Below are positions 52,310 to 64,000 of a stretch of DNA of 64,000 nucleotides, piece by piece; the first letter of the stretch is position 1, and each line of letters opens with the position of its first letter. The stretch is from Paraspadella gotoi (taxonomy: Eukaryota > Animalia > Chaetognatha): assembly GCA_051294375.1 (NCBI GenBank), contig CM119268.1, forward strand, positions 616,415 through 680,414. Direction: 5' to 3'. The translations under genes were made by a program, and so were the position numbers. Under the pieces are notes generated by a model. The model saw only the letters and a list, made by a program, of their open reading frames with translations, was not told where the DNA came from and made no database searches.

Positions 52310-52934
52310 CTAAAAACAAACAAAAAATCTAAAATTTAAAAATAAAATATTCAAATTTCTACCAAGGTTAGGCTGATCAGTTTCACCCGGAATTTCAAGA
52401 TCCTCACTCATGATTTCTCAGCTATCGCTCTCCCATTGACCCAACTAACCTAAATCCAAAAAAACATAAAAAAAGATAAGCAAAACTAAATAAAGCAATG
52501 AAAGACGAATTGTGAGCATTTTTAACGTAAGTGGGACAGACTGACGGACAGACATAGTATGTCACATACCGATCGACCGACCAAAAGACCAACCGAAAAG
52601 TGACTTATAGAGTTGCTCCGCGATTAGTCGCGGCGTAACTAAAGAAAAGCAAAACTAATGGAGGAAAAAGCGACGCAAAAAGGATTAATAAACAATCGGA
52701 ACTTTTGATCCAAGTTTTTTTGTTTTTGTTTTTGTTTTTTGTTGTTTTTTTTTTTTACGACCGGACGACGACCGACGTGACTTTTTTGCGGATTGAGGTT
52801 AGAGAACGGAAGGAGAGAATTTAGAGACGGAAAGACTGACGAATGGTCGGACAGACGGACGGACGGACAGACAAAAATAAAAACTTTTGGTTATTTTAAT
52901 TTTCTGAGAGTAAATTTAGACATTAAAGGTTTTT

Positions 52935-53380
52935 TGTTTCTACAGATCGCTGTTGTTTCTACATATCGATAGTTGTTTCTACAGATCGCTGTTGTTTCTA
53001 CATATCCTGGTGTGTTTCTACAGATTCTGTTGTTCTACAATTGTTGTTCCTACATATCGCAGTTGTTTCTACAGATCGCTGTTGTTCCTACAGTCGCTGT
53101 TGTTCTACAGTCATCCGTTGTTTTTCTACATATCGCTGTTGTTTCTACAGATCGCTGTTGTTTCTACAGATCGCTGTTGTTTACTGACAGGCTTTTCTCG
53201 CTTAAATGACAGCCTATTCCCGCTTAACTGACAGCTATTTCCTGCTTTACTGACAGTATTTCCCAGCTTAACTGACAGCCTTTTCCCGCTTAACTGACAG
53301 CCTTTTCCTGCTTTACTGACAGGCTTTTCCCACTTTACTGACAGGCTTTTCCCGCTTTACCGACAGCCTTTTCCAGCCTC
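52935..53380. repeat. Two adjacent minisatellites (gttgtttctacagatcgct; ctgacagccttttcccgcttaa)
   Basis: Direct inspection. Confidence 0.85.
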
Positions 53381-53481
53381 TTTGAAATTCGCTGACAGAT
53401 TCGTTCCCTCGGATAAAAAAAGGGAAAAATCTGGAATTTTTGCTTAATTATTCAGGATGAAAAGTTGGGAGCGATTACCTG

Positions 53482-53997
53482 NNNNNNNNNNNNNNNNNNN
53501 NNNNNNNNNNNNNNNNNNNNNNNNNNNNNNNNNNNNNNNNNNNNNNNNNNNNNNNNNNNNNNNNNNNNNNNNNNNNNNNNNNNNNNNNNNNNNNNNNNNN
53601 NNNNNNNNNNNNNNNNNNNNNNNNNNNNNNNNNNNNNNNNNNNNNNNNNNNNNNNNNNNNNNNNNNNNNNNNNNNNNNNNNNNNNNNNNNNNNNNNNNNN
53701 NNNNNNNNNNNNNNNNNNNNNNNNNNNNNNNNNNNNNNNNNNNNNNNNNNNNNNNNNNNNNNNNNNNNNNNNNNNNNNNNNNNNNNNNNNNNNNNNNNNN
53801 NNNNNNNNNNNNNNNNNNNNNNNNNNNNNNNNNNNNNNNNNNNNNNNNNNNNNNNNNNNNNNNNNNNNNNNNNNNNNNNNNNNNNNNNNNNNNNNNNNNN
53901 NNNNNNNNNNNNNNNNNNNNNNNNNNNNNNNNNNNNNNNNNNNNNNNNNNNNNNNNNNNNNNNNNNNNNNNNNNNNNNNNNNNNNNNNNNNNNNNNN
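53482..53997. other. Scaffold gap (N run)
   Basis: Run of N. Short 25-N gaps also occur near 1000, 6980, 24192, 38005, 40821 and 41150. Confidence 1.
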
Positions 53998-54301
53998 AAA
54001 TAACAACAATGACAACAACGCTGACAAAAATGACAACTAAAGCGACAATCAATCTCATTTGCATATTTTCACATTCTGATTAATTAGGATAACCACCTAG
54101 TTTTGTTTCGTATCATCTATGTTGTAAACACATGATGTCATCGCAGAGAAATCTATTGACACCGTCTTGTATTAATGTCTAAATTCTGAAGAAATAAATT
54201 CCACTTTGGTTTCGCCTAAAAATCCCTGTCTACTTACTTATTTGATGTAATGAATAAACATAAAAATGACCGAATCATTAAATGAAAATGGCGTAGAGAG
54301 A

Positions 54302-54335
<34 letters not shown>

Positions 54336-55257
54336 TTATAAAATCGGTTATGTCCATCGATCAGAGAAGATGAATGAATGGAAGAGAGGGAGGAGGAGGA
54401 GGAGGAGGAGGAGGAAGGAGGAAGAGGATAAAGGGTTGAACATTGATAAATAGGTGGATCAAAAAAATGGGTTTTACTACGATGACGTTAATTAGGGGGA
54501 TGAACAAAAACGTAAGAGGAGAGAGATGAGAGAGGAGAAGAGAGAGAGAGAGAGAAGAAGAGAGAGAGAATCTGGATGAAAGTCCAGCGCCCACTCGATT
54601 CTCGCGAGGCACGTTAAACTCTTAGACGTTACTGACATTTTTAAATACCATCTAACACATAGAACAATTGACGAAAACCATCAGCTATAGCTAAAACTTC
54701 AAATAAAAATTGCACTGCCATGTTTTGTAGCGGTGACCCTTTTAAAAGCTATTAGCTCAACGCAAGAGAGCGATGCAGGGGACATGTTTTTTTTCATAAT
54801 TTATCATAATTCGATGTCTGACCTATATATGTGTTGCCCGACAATATTGAAGGCGGACTGTGACCGACAAAGTGAATTATAGAATTATAAGCAGATCCGA
54901 CTAAAAATTTCAAAAAAGCGATTTCCTTTTCTCTTGGAAATAATGTCTTCTTTTATCTTCTTTATCATACCTCGATCTCATCATTGTTATAAATACTACT
55001 ATAATCGTACATGAAATTCTACTATACATCTTATCCTTATCAGTATCATCATGTAACTCGAATTAGCACATACCATAAAGAGACTACACAAGCTAATTAA
55101 ATTTTTAATCGAAAAATTCTTGTTTATAAAATAATTTATCATAAACCTAATAATTAAAGTAAAAAAAACGTCAAGTAAAAGCGATTGATTCCCGTTTCGT
55201 CGTCGAGCTTCGCCTACTTAACAAGCACCAAGCACAAAGCACCAAGCACAAAGCTGG

Positions 55258-55276
55258 ATGACTACTTCGTTCCCAA
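55258..55276 (+). CDS. Probable C1GALT1-like exon 1
   Basis: ATG ACT ACT TCG TTC CCA A|GTAAGT, phase 1, fits exon 58850. Confidence 0.5.
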
Positions 55277-55494
55277 GTAAGTTTTGAAAAGAGAGTCACG
55301 AAGTAATCATTGATTTTATGATTATGGCTCTCTTTTCCAAAATCTCCTCATTCCTGTTATTTAATTCTCTAGAATTTATATATATTTTTAATGTTTAACC
55401 TTAATCCGTTACAAACCTATTACTAAATCCCGAACCTTTATATATACTTTATATATAACCTTTATATATACATTATCCTTAACCGCTAATCTTC

Positions 55495-55672
55495 AAGCCA
55501 TAATCCTTAACCCTAAACCCTAAACCCAAACTCTAACCCTAATCTTTAACCATAAAATCCTTAATCCTAAACCCTAAACTCTAACCCTAATCTTCAACCA
55601 TAATCCTTAATCCCTAAACGCTAAACTCTAACCCTAATCTTTAACCTAATCTTTAAAACCTAATCTTTAAAC
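55495..55672. repeat. Degenerate interstitial (CCCTAA)-like repeat
   Basis: taaccctaaaccctaaacccaaactctaaccctaatc units. Confidence 0.7.
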
Positions 55673-55779
55673 CTATAAATTTACTAATTATACGAAATTT
55701 AAGACAAAATGAAGCATTCTGGTAAAATAAAGTTAAATTTTATTAGTTTTATAGGAAAGTTTGAAATAAGTTTTCAACA

Positions 55780-55887
55780 ACGATTTTATTTTTAATAAAA
55801 AAGCGAACATGTTTCGGCTTAACTACAAGCCTCTCATCAGCATTAAAAAAGTTAGTGAATTTGAAACAAATTATGTGCATAAAAGAA

Positions 55888-55923
<36 letters not shown>

Positions 55924-56024
55924 CAAAGTTTCCAACACAGAGTTGAGAAAGGATAGTGGTCAATTTGTGAGGCAGATTAAAGGTGAAACAAAATAGAGCC
56001 AGTTTGTGAAAAGAAAATGAAATG

Positions 56025-56065
<41 letters not shown>

Positions 56066-56320
56066 GAGAGAGAGAGAGAGAGAGAAGGAGAGAGACAGAG
56101 TGAGAGAACTTGAAAAAATAATACAATTGTGCAATGTACAACAAAGATAAATATTGTTTAAAACTTAATGATTATTGTTAACAATTAACTCCTGTGAATA
56201 AATAAGTTAGTGAAGATGAAATTGTGAAATTTGAAATAGAGGTGAGGGATAGTTAAGCAATTATTATTATAGTGAAGTATAAGAGTTAGATAGAGAGCTC
56301 AAAGTTGAAGCTGGCCGCCG
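55780..56320 (-). mobile_element. Non-autonomous Penelope-like repeat ending in a hammerhead motif (55803-55844)
   Basis: CTGATGA GA GGCTT gtagtt AAGCC GAAA CATGTT. The body (ttgagctct...tatccctcac...ttgttgtacatt.cacaat...tgtgttggaaacttt.gccctctc) is shared with ~18795-19200 and partly with ~21870-21980. Confidence 0.55.
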
Positions 56321-57654
56321 AACCGACTATGGTCTTGTGGCAATAAAATGAAAGGCCTGATCGATGTGGTCAGGTCATTGACGCGTCAGTGGCTGAGAGG
56401 ACAAATCGTTGAGCCTATGTGTGCGGCGTTAGGGAGGCTTCCTTGCGGGAAGATACCCAAGGCTACTCTGATGTCTCTCTGGCCTGGTACGCCTGCCGAC
56501 TGCCCTCTTCTCGCCTGCTGACGAGGTGGGCGGCTGTCCGTTCTTGCCGCTTTTGCGACAGTAGTGGTGGACTCTCCTTCCTCCTTCAGCCGTCGCTTTG
56601 GGCGGCGCTCACTCCACAGAGAAAGGGAATGAGTTGCTACAGGTGAAGGAGAGGCATCGTCTGCCCATTGCCTGCGCAAGGGTCTCCGCCTGTCTCGTTG
56701 AGTGGAGACAGGGGAGTTTTATAGGAAAAAAAGGGCTCTCCTTTTCTAGAATGCCCCATTTTATTCATTTATCTTAGAATGTAATTTTACAGGGTAGTGA
56801 ATCAAAACTTAGAAAATCCGTATCACTTCATCTTTTTTTTATTGTTTGGCGCATCGGATACATTTAAAGAAAAGAATTCAATTGAAGATACTTAACCAGA
56901 CCTTGTTCTAACTATTAAAGCAATGCGACAAGCACTGCTGCAAAAACCACTGCTGCCACAACACCTAAAAGAATAACAGCTGCTCTTCATAAACGCTTCT
57001 GAAAGATTGAGCCACAGCTTGGAGACGGTTTACCCTACGCCATTGATATTTTGGTTGAAAGTGATATGGGTCTTCCCCTTTAAAACGCCAAACTTAGCAC
57101 AGTTTAGGGGAATTAGATGTGGATATTATCAGGCCCGAAAATCATTCAATCAAAAATTAGAATGTTGCTGCTGCTGAAACCTTTATTTTTTTCAGCTGTA
57201 TACAATAATGCCCTTTGTTACAGCCATGCATAATAACCCCAAGAAATGGAATCTCAGAATAATATAGTAGACTGCAGCAATGGAATTTTGCCCAGTAACA
57301 AAAATATAAGGAAGTATTTATCTTTCATCTGATGCTGAAGTAGATTGCATAAATTTATTTACTTGATATTTTACACAGACAGTCCCAACTACATCAGTTA
57401 TTGATTTCATAAGCTCCCAGAAATGGCACTCAACCAAAGTGGCCACTACAGTGTGAACTTTAAAAAAATAGAAATTTTTACAGTATCTTAAAATTCCATT
57501 TATTAATTAAGGTTAAAATAGGTCTTGTTAAACTGCGGCAGTTAAATGGCCATAGGATAGTAAAGATAAGATGTCCTATTTCTAAATGTAGTTCTTCATT
57601 TGCTCTCTTAAGAATTTTCCTTTTAACATAGCATTGTGGCAAGTAAACGTGTGG

Positions 57655-58100
57655 CAAGTGTGGCAAGTAAACGGGACGAGGTTCAGATCGAGAATGAATT
57701 TATTCTCCAACAACAAATACAAAAATCAACAAGAGAAAATGCTAAGTCTAAAACAGTAACAATAACTTTAAAAGGAACCGGCTGAGGACAGCCGGGAGAG
57801 AGTCACTGATGACCGTGGTGACCGGTCAGGGATTGAGTGAGAAGGATAGTTTTCGGCTATGGTTCTTGATCTGATAAGGTCGCGTGTTGTTGCTGCCACA
57901 CAATCACAGATGAATGAAACCCGGAAACTGAGGAAAGGATTAAGGAAGAGGATTCCGGAAGAGGAAGAAGATTCTGGAATGATTTCGAGCTCCTAGCGTG
58001 CATATTATTGGTTTTAAGTATGCTACAATTTCTACCTGCAGCATCCTTATAAATGGCCCTAATCGACTCAGGCTTGAGCGCACGGTTTCCCGACTTCAAA
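57655..58100 (-). mobile_element. Possible solo LTR
   Basis: The minus strand begins TG, has a TATAAG box, an AATAAA near the end and ends in ...gccACA. No TSD confirmed. Confidence 0.3.
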
Positions 58101-58319
58101 TAGTAGTTATTCCTATTCTTAATAACTTTATTAATAATATAACATACTGCTAGGGAATATTAACATATTTAGTAGTGGTTTTAAGCTCTAAACCGGCGCA
58201 AATTCGACCGATGTTACATTCTTTTTAGTAGCGCAGCGTATTGTAAAAGTATTACAAAAATAAAACCTATATCAGAAAGAGAAAACATCAGTGATTATTT
58301 TAGTGTATTATATATTACT

Positions 58320-58462
58320 ACAGGCGGGTTAAGCGCCCCGTCCCTTCTAACTGCTAGGCGGCCACCGGGCTAGAACCCCGGATCTTTGGGTTGGGAGGCG
58401 AATGACTCGCCTCCGGCACCAATGGCCGCTGATGAACAGTTGGTGGATTTTAGTCCACCATA
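58320..58462 (-). mobile_element. tRNA-derived SINE, family A
   Basis: Reverse copy of 60123-60265 and 61172-61314. Confidence 0.7.
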
Positions 58463-58849
58463 CTGACAAGATTTTGGGCTGGGACCGACGGACCGACAAA
58501 GTGGATTATAGTATAGAGCTAGAATCTGCTGTAAGCAAATTCGGCTAAAAGAAAAAAATAAACCTAATTTCGAATTTAAAACAAAATGAAGCATTCTCAT
58601 AGAATTGTCCAAGGTCCAAAGCCTCATTGAGTAAAGCCGTCAGCTCATGATCACAAGTACCGGGTTCAATCCCACCACGCCTTGGGGAGCGTGGAAAACC
58701 CCCAGGCCTGATACCAAGTCCCGTTCCATGGATGCTGGATGGGGTTGAGGAAGCTGCGGATAATCATGTTCGGCCCATTTAGCACAACCTTTTTCTACCC
58801 GTTTCAATCTCATATCAATTAATAACAATTTATCAATATTTATCAATAG

Positions 58850-59068
58850 GTTTATCATTTTTCTTCCGATATTTCATCTCCGTGCGACGAAGACAAAGGA
58901 TTCGACCTTGGCTGGTCTTCCTCTTCCTCCTCAGCGCCTCTTGTCTCGTTTTCTTTGGGTGAGTTTCTTGCAAATGCGACTTACTCTCCTTTTGGATTAG
59001 GTGAGGTGAGACTCACCCTCAATCTAATGTAAAACGACTGAAACGCCCTTCTTGACATCAAATTCGCG
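58850..59068 (+). CDS. C1GALT1-like exons 2-3 (type II TM anchor and stem; 58850-58958 and 59001-59068)
   Basis: LSFFFRYFISVRRRQRIRPWLVFLFLLSASCLVFFG is a basic stretch plus TM segment. The second small exon (..TTETPFLTSNSR) needs indel correction. Confidence 0.55.
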
Positions 59069-59094
59069 GTAACCTGCTGATCAGATAATTAATT

Positions 59095-59185
59095 TATTAA
59101 TTAATTAATTAATTAATTAATTAATTAATTAATTAATTAATTAATTAATTAATTAATTAATTAATTAATTAATTAATTAATTAAT
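59095..59185. repeat. (TTAA)n self-complementary microsatellite
   Basis: Direct inspection. Confidence 0.95.
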
Positions 59186-59389
59186 TTTTTTTATTCATGT
59201 CAAAATCGTTTTCCACTTTGTCACAAAACAACAATCTTGATCCAAAAATTAATTAATTAATTAATTTCACATAATTAAAAATTAACTAATTACTTATTTA
59301 TTAATAATTAATTAATGCAGTTTGAATTTACATTTAATAGAAGATTAATCATAATCAAATAGTGAAATAGATTGTTTTACAATTTTAAC

Positions 59390-59673
59390 TCATTTCCTCT
59401 TGGACGATTCCATCGAAACTTTATTTCCTGCTCAATCACACACTTTCCTACCCACATACAAAATTTAAAATCAATCGCCCCATTCACTCATGAGTAATTG
59501 GAGTTCATATATTGAAATTTTTTTTTCCCTTTAACTCATTTCCACTCGGACGATTCCATCAAAACTTAATTTCCAGCTCAATCACACACTTTCCTACCCA
59601 CACACAAAATTTCATTCTAATCCATCTATCAAATCACTAGTAGTTGGTGTTTTTTGCTAAGGTGGGATGGACT

Positions 59674-59732
<59 letters not shown>

Positions 59733-59890
59733 GGACGGACGGACATCATTTTTTTTACATAATTTATCATAATTCGATGTTCTGACATGATATAAGTGAA
59801 TGCACGACAAGATTGGGGGGGCGGACTGACGGACCGACAAAGTGAATTATAGAGCCTGAATCTGTTGTAAGCAGGTCCGACTAAAAACAT
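59390..59890 (-). mobile_element. HINE/DINE-1-like non-autonomous Helentron element
   Basis: Minus strand: TTTTTAGTCGGA...CTCTATAA...gtcggtccgtc, then a (GTCC/GTCT)n microsatellite and a tandemly duplicated ~140-bp core. Related ends at ~2555-2615, ~52590-52645, ~54860-54908 and ~58480-58550. Confidence 0.65.
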
Positions 59891-59971
59891 CTAGCGTGAA
59901 TTAAATCTGAATTAAATCTAAATTAAATCTAAATTAAATCTAAATTAAATCGGAATTAAATCTGAATTCAG

Positions 59972-60061
59972 AAATAAGTTCGCCCAGAATCGGCTCGCTC
60001 CTCCAAAGAAGATCCTTTGCTGGATTCTCACAGGACCGAAGAATCACAAGACTCGAGCCGC
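59972..60061 (+). CDS. C1GALT1: Glycoprotein-N-acetylgalactosamine 3-beta-galactosyltransferase 1-like exon
   Basis: NKFAQNRLAPPKKILCWILTGPKNHKTRA contains the ILCW..T.P.N...RA motif; GTGAGT donor, phase 2. Confidence 0.88.
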
Positions 60062-60122
60062 GTGAGTGACCGACCGACTCGGACTTTAATACAGTGAAAA
60101 AATTATAAACAAATTTGATATT

Positions 60123-60265
60123 ATGGTGGACTAAAATCCACCAACCGTTCATCAGCAGCCATTGGTGCCGGAGGCAAGTCATTTGCCTCCCAACCCAAAG
60201 GTCCGGGGTTCTAGCCCGGTGGCCGCCTAGCAGTTAAGAGGGATGGGGCGCTTAACCCGCCTGTA
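60123..60265 (+). mobile_element. tRNA-derived SINE, family A
   Basis: tggtggactaaaatccacca hairpin, then tggtgccggagg (A-box-like) and ggttctagccc (B-box-like). Three full copies plus a fragment at 63407-63441. Confidence 0.7.
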
Positions 60266-60363
60266 ACATGGTGTTACAGCCTGATCCGAAGCTCAGGGAT
60301 TGTTTATATTGAATGGTTGTTTCACTAACATATAACAATAATTATTGTCTCTTCATTGGTGAG

Positions 60364-60975
60364 TAAGGCGTAGTGAAAGTTAAATACGAAAATTCTAAAA
60401 GTCAATTATGAACAACATACCATCAGTGAACATTAATTTGTAAAAAAAAATAATTTTATGTTTTTTAATATTCGCAGTAGGCCATATTTATACATAGTAC
60501 TATCCTTATAAAATTGAAAAATTTCAAAATAAGCTTTTCTTATTTTTGATTGCAGATTTGAATTCCTCGTCAAAAGTTGATAAAAGAAAATATAAATCAT
60601 TTTTAAAAGTTCTTTTATTAAGTGGGTTAAAAATTAAAAAAACTATATTTAATATATAAAAAGTTAATTTTCAGCTTAAAATATAGCTTTTTCTAATTTT
60701 TGACCCACTTAATGAAGGAATTTTTCAAAAAGAGTTATATTGCTTTTTATCAACTTTTTATAACGAATCCAAATCTGCAAAAAAATCTTAGAAAAAACTG
60801 TTTTGAAATTTTAACATTTATTGGTTTAGTACTAGTATAAATATGGCCTACTGCGTAAATTGGAAAATTTATTATAAATTGTTTTATTACATAAATGTTC
60901 ATTAGTATAATGTTGTTCGTTCCTCACTTTTAGAATTTTAATTAAAGTTAAATTGAGAAATTTTACTACGCCTTA
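60364..60975. mobile_element. Foldback MITE with 8-bp TSD (hAT-like)
   Basis: TIR TAAGGCGTAGTgAAA...TTTtACTACGCCTTA; TSD TTGGTGAG at 60356-60363 and 60976-60983; the internal halves are imperfect inverted repeats. Confidence 0.85.
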
Positions 60976-61171
60976 TTGGTGAGCCCAACTTCTAAACACA
61001 ACAGCAACAACAGCAACAACAACACTTTCAGGCGACATGCCTCAACCTGGTGATGCACTTTCCACTAACAACACATCAGGCGACATGCCTCAACTTGATG
61101 ATGAACTTTCCACCAACAACAACAATTCACTGAAGAGACGCAACAGACTTCTCCCTACGGGAGGGGGGATG

Positions 61172-61314
61172 TATGGTGGACTAAAATCCACCAACCGTTC
61201 ATCAGCGGCCATTGGTGCTGGAGGCAAGTCTTTCGCCTCCCAACCCAAAGGTCCGGGGTTTTAGCCCGGTGGCCGCCTAGCAGTTAAGAGGGACGAGGCA
61301 CTTAACCCGCCTGT
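61172..61314 (+). mobile_element. tRNA-derived SINE, family A
   Basis: Near-identical to 60123-60265. Confidence 0.7.
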
Positions 61315-62024
61315 AGAGAAGTTCCGAGGCTCCACGCTTTGTGGTTGGCGTTCGTTGGTCGCCCGTCCAAAAAGAGGTTTTGACAAGAGTTTCGCTGACT
61401 AAATCTGTAGTAAAAGTACAACGCGAGGTCCCAAACGGTCCAAATGTCTATTCTTGGTCGTGACAAAATCGTAGCAAAAAGAGACAATCGTGACAATATC
61501 TAGTCGTGAAAACCCTTAAAAATAACGGTTTTTGGACGCACAACGTTGATTCAATAAATGGTTCTAAAACAACTAAAATTCGGTCACCAAATTTCTAAAA
61601 GTTAATGTACGAAATGACCGGCGTTGAAAACGGACCGAGAGAGAAAAATATGACCAAAAAAGGTCAGGAGGCGAGTTTCTCTTCACCGCCTGTAACACGG
61701 TGTTACAGCCTGATCCGAAGCTCAGGGACTGCTTACATTGAACGGTTCTGTCACTAACATATAACAATAATTACTGTCTCTTCAATATCTAATATTTCGT
61801 TATCTTTAAACGCTCTACTGACCAACCAATGGACTGAGAGCTCGATTGACCGACCGATCAATGGACTGACCAACCGACAGACTGAAAGATCAACAAACTG
61901 ACTGACCAATTGATGGACTGACTCACTGACCAAAAACTTATTTGTATTATCTTTTTCAGGTAATTCGTAACGGCTAGAAAATATGAAATAACAATCATCC
62001 TATAGAACTTTATATCGACAATTG

Positions 62025-62905
62025 ATCAATATGATCCAATGTAACCTTAGATATTAATATGAATATGACCCAATATAACCTTAGATATGAATATGAATAT
62101 GATCCAATATAACTTTAGATATGAATATGAGTATGAATATGAATATGACCCAATATAACCTTAGATATGAATATGAATATAAATATGATCCAATAAAACC
62201 TTAGATATGATATGAATATGACCCAATATAACCTTAGATATGTATGGAATATGAATATGATCCAATATAACTTTAGATATGAATATAAGTATGAATATGA
62301 ATATGACCCAATATAACCTTAGATATGAATATGAATATAAATATGATCCAATATAACCTTAGATATTGATAATGATATGACCCAATATAACCTTAGATAT
62401 GAATATGAATAAGAATATGAATATGACCCAATATAACCTTAGGTATAAATATGAATAGGACCCAATGTTACCTTAGATATGATTATGAATAATTGAATAT
62501 TTTTATGAATATGACCCAATATGCCCAGATATGAATATGAATATAAATATGATCCAATATAACCTTAGATATGAATATGAATATGACTCAATCTAACCTT
62601 AGATATGAATATGACCCAATATAACCTTAGATATGAATATGAATATAAATTTGAATATGACCCAATGTAACCTTAGATATGAATTTAAATATGACCCAAT
62701 GTAACCTTAGATATGCATATGAATCTGAATATGACCCAATGTAACCTTAGATATGCAAATGAATATGACCCAATATAACCTTAGATATGAATATGAATAT
62801 AAATATGATCCAATATAACCTTAGATATGAATATGAATATGACTCGATCTAACCTTAGATATGAATATGAATATGACCCAATATAACCTTAGATATGAAT
62901 ATTTC
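62025..62905. repeat. Minisatellite (gacccaatataaccttagatat(gaatat)n)
   Basis: About 25 variable-length units in a C1GALT1 intron. Confidence 0.95.
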
Positions 62906-63179
62906 AAAGTGCAACAACGGATAGACTGACAGACAAACCAACTGATGAAAAAAAAGTGGATACTCTCTACCGAAATTGTAGTTTTATCAACTATCTGGGT
63001 CAGTTGGAAATCCGCGGAAATATTTTGCCTAACCCTCCTTGACCTTTCATCGCTATTCTATCCTGTCCCTATCCCTATCACTATCTCTATCACTATTCCT
63101 TTCCCTATCACTATCTCTTTCCCTATCACTATCCATATCACTATCCCTTTCCCTATCCTATCACTATCCCGATCCTTAG

Positions 63180-63324
63180 AGCCGTGAAGAAAACCTGGGG
63201 CCGTCGGTGTGACAAACTCATCTTCATGTCGAGCGTCGCCGACAAGAAGTTGGGCGCAGTGAAGCTGGAATCGGTCGCGGAAGGAAGGGAACACCTCTGG
63301 GAGAAGACGGTCGGAGCTTTGGAG
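63180..63324 (+). CDS. C1GALT1: C1GALT1-like exon (gene continues beyond the window)
   Basis: AVKKTWGRRCDKLIFMSSVADKKLGAVKLESVAEGREHLWEKTVGALE contains the TW.RC.K..FMSS and EGR..L..KT motifs of GT31 core-1 synthase. Confidence 0.9.
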
Positions 63325-63701
63325 GTTCACTGGGGTTCGATCTCGATGGAACAATCGTTGAATAGATTCGATTATGATAAATCAATCAATCAAAGTTAGA
63401 TGAAACTATGGTGGACTAAAATCCACCAACCGTTCATCAGCAAGACCACCAAAAAATAAAAACACAAAAAACTTCCACCTCTAAAGTAAACACCTAAGGC
63501 GGTCGATCTCGAAAGAAAAAGCTTTTCCTCGTCTTGATGAATTTCGACACCGATAATCAAAGGAGACATTCTAGAAAAGAGAAAAGACGCCGGTTTTGGA
63601 CAGAAGGCGCCGTCGGGGACGCCGGGAGAGATAGAGAGAACGGCGCCGTCTGAGTATCCATCATCACGCCATCTTGGAAGAAAAGCGCCGGAAGTTGGAG
63701 T

Positions 63702-63751
<50 letters not shown>

Positions 63752-64000
63752 GGAGGAAAAGAGAGAGAAGAAGAGAGGAGAGAAAAGGAGTGAAAGAGGG
63801 CAGGGAAAGAAGAGAGTAAGAGAAAGAGTGAGAGGGAGACAGAGAGAGAGCAGAGAGAAAGAGAGTGAAGTGAGAGAGGGCAGGGATAGAACAGAGAGAG
63901 AGAAATGAGAGAGGCAGACAGAGAGAGCAGAGAAAAAGAGCAGAGGAGAGAGAGAGTCTCGGAATCGGCGAAGGGGCGTGGCCTGCGTTTCCGGTTTCCA

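Noticed and set aside
53444-54083. ORFs of about 200 aa
   Set aside because: They consist mostly of the N gap.
55495-55672. Telomere
   Set aside because: Degenerate, short and internal to a gene intron.
56890-57460. Exon-like fragments on the minus strand, including VVAAVVFAAVLVALL
   Set aside because: In-frame stops and no recognisable family; a gene call cannot be supported.
58855-59080. Minus-strand acidic ORF (..EEEEEDQPRS..)
   Set aside because: Better explained as the antisense of the C1GALT1 transmembrane exon.

Overview
Intron-rich, AT-rich, microsatellite-laden animal (invertebrate-like) genomic DNA from a draft long-read assembly, with 25-N gaps and locally high indel noise. Almost all ORFs in the supplied track are low-complexity artefacts; the real genes are spliced and were rebuilt by hand from GT-AG exons. 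They are: glutaminyl-peptide cyclotransferase QPCT (minus, ~620-16599); a signal peptide-Ig-Ig gene whose next exon carries a lipoxygenase His-motif fragment (minus, ~24270-27682); a small secreted two-EGF gene just upstream of it (minus, 27930-29531); tRNA 2'-phosphotransferase TRPT1 (plus, 33768-45167); the 3' end of a synaptotagmin-14/16-like gene (minus, 48076-52309); and a core-1 beta-1,3-galactosyltransferase C1GALT1-like gene (plus, from 55258 to past 63324). Large inverted duplications centred on N gaps (2.8-10.8 kb, 20.8-27.5 kb, 34.6-42 kb) are most likely assembly or amplification artefacts. Repeats include Penelope-type minimal hammerhead ribozymes, Helentron/HINE-like elements, a foldback MITE with an 8-bp TSD, tRNA-like SINEs and many minisatellites, several of which begin at splice junctions. 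The most unusual signal is the apparent Ig-lipoxygenase-fragment chimera. No prokaryote-type system or CRISPR array is present.
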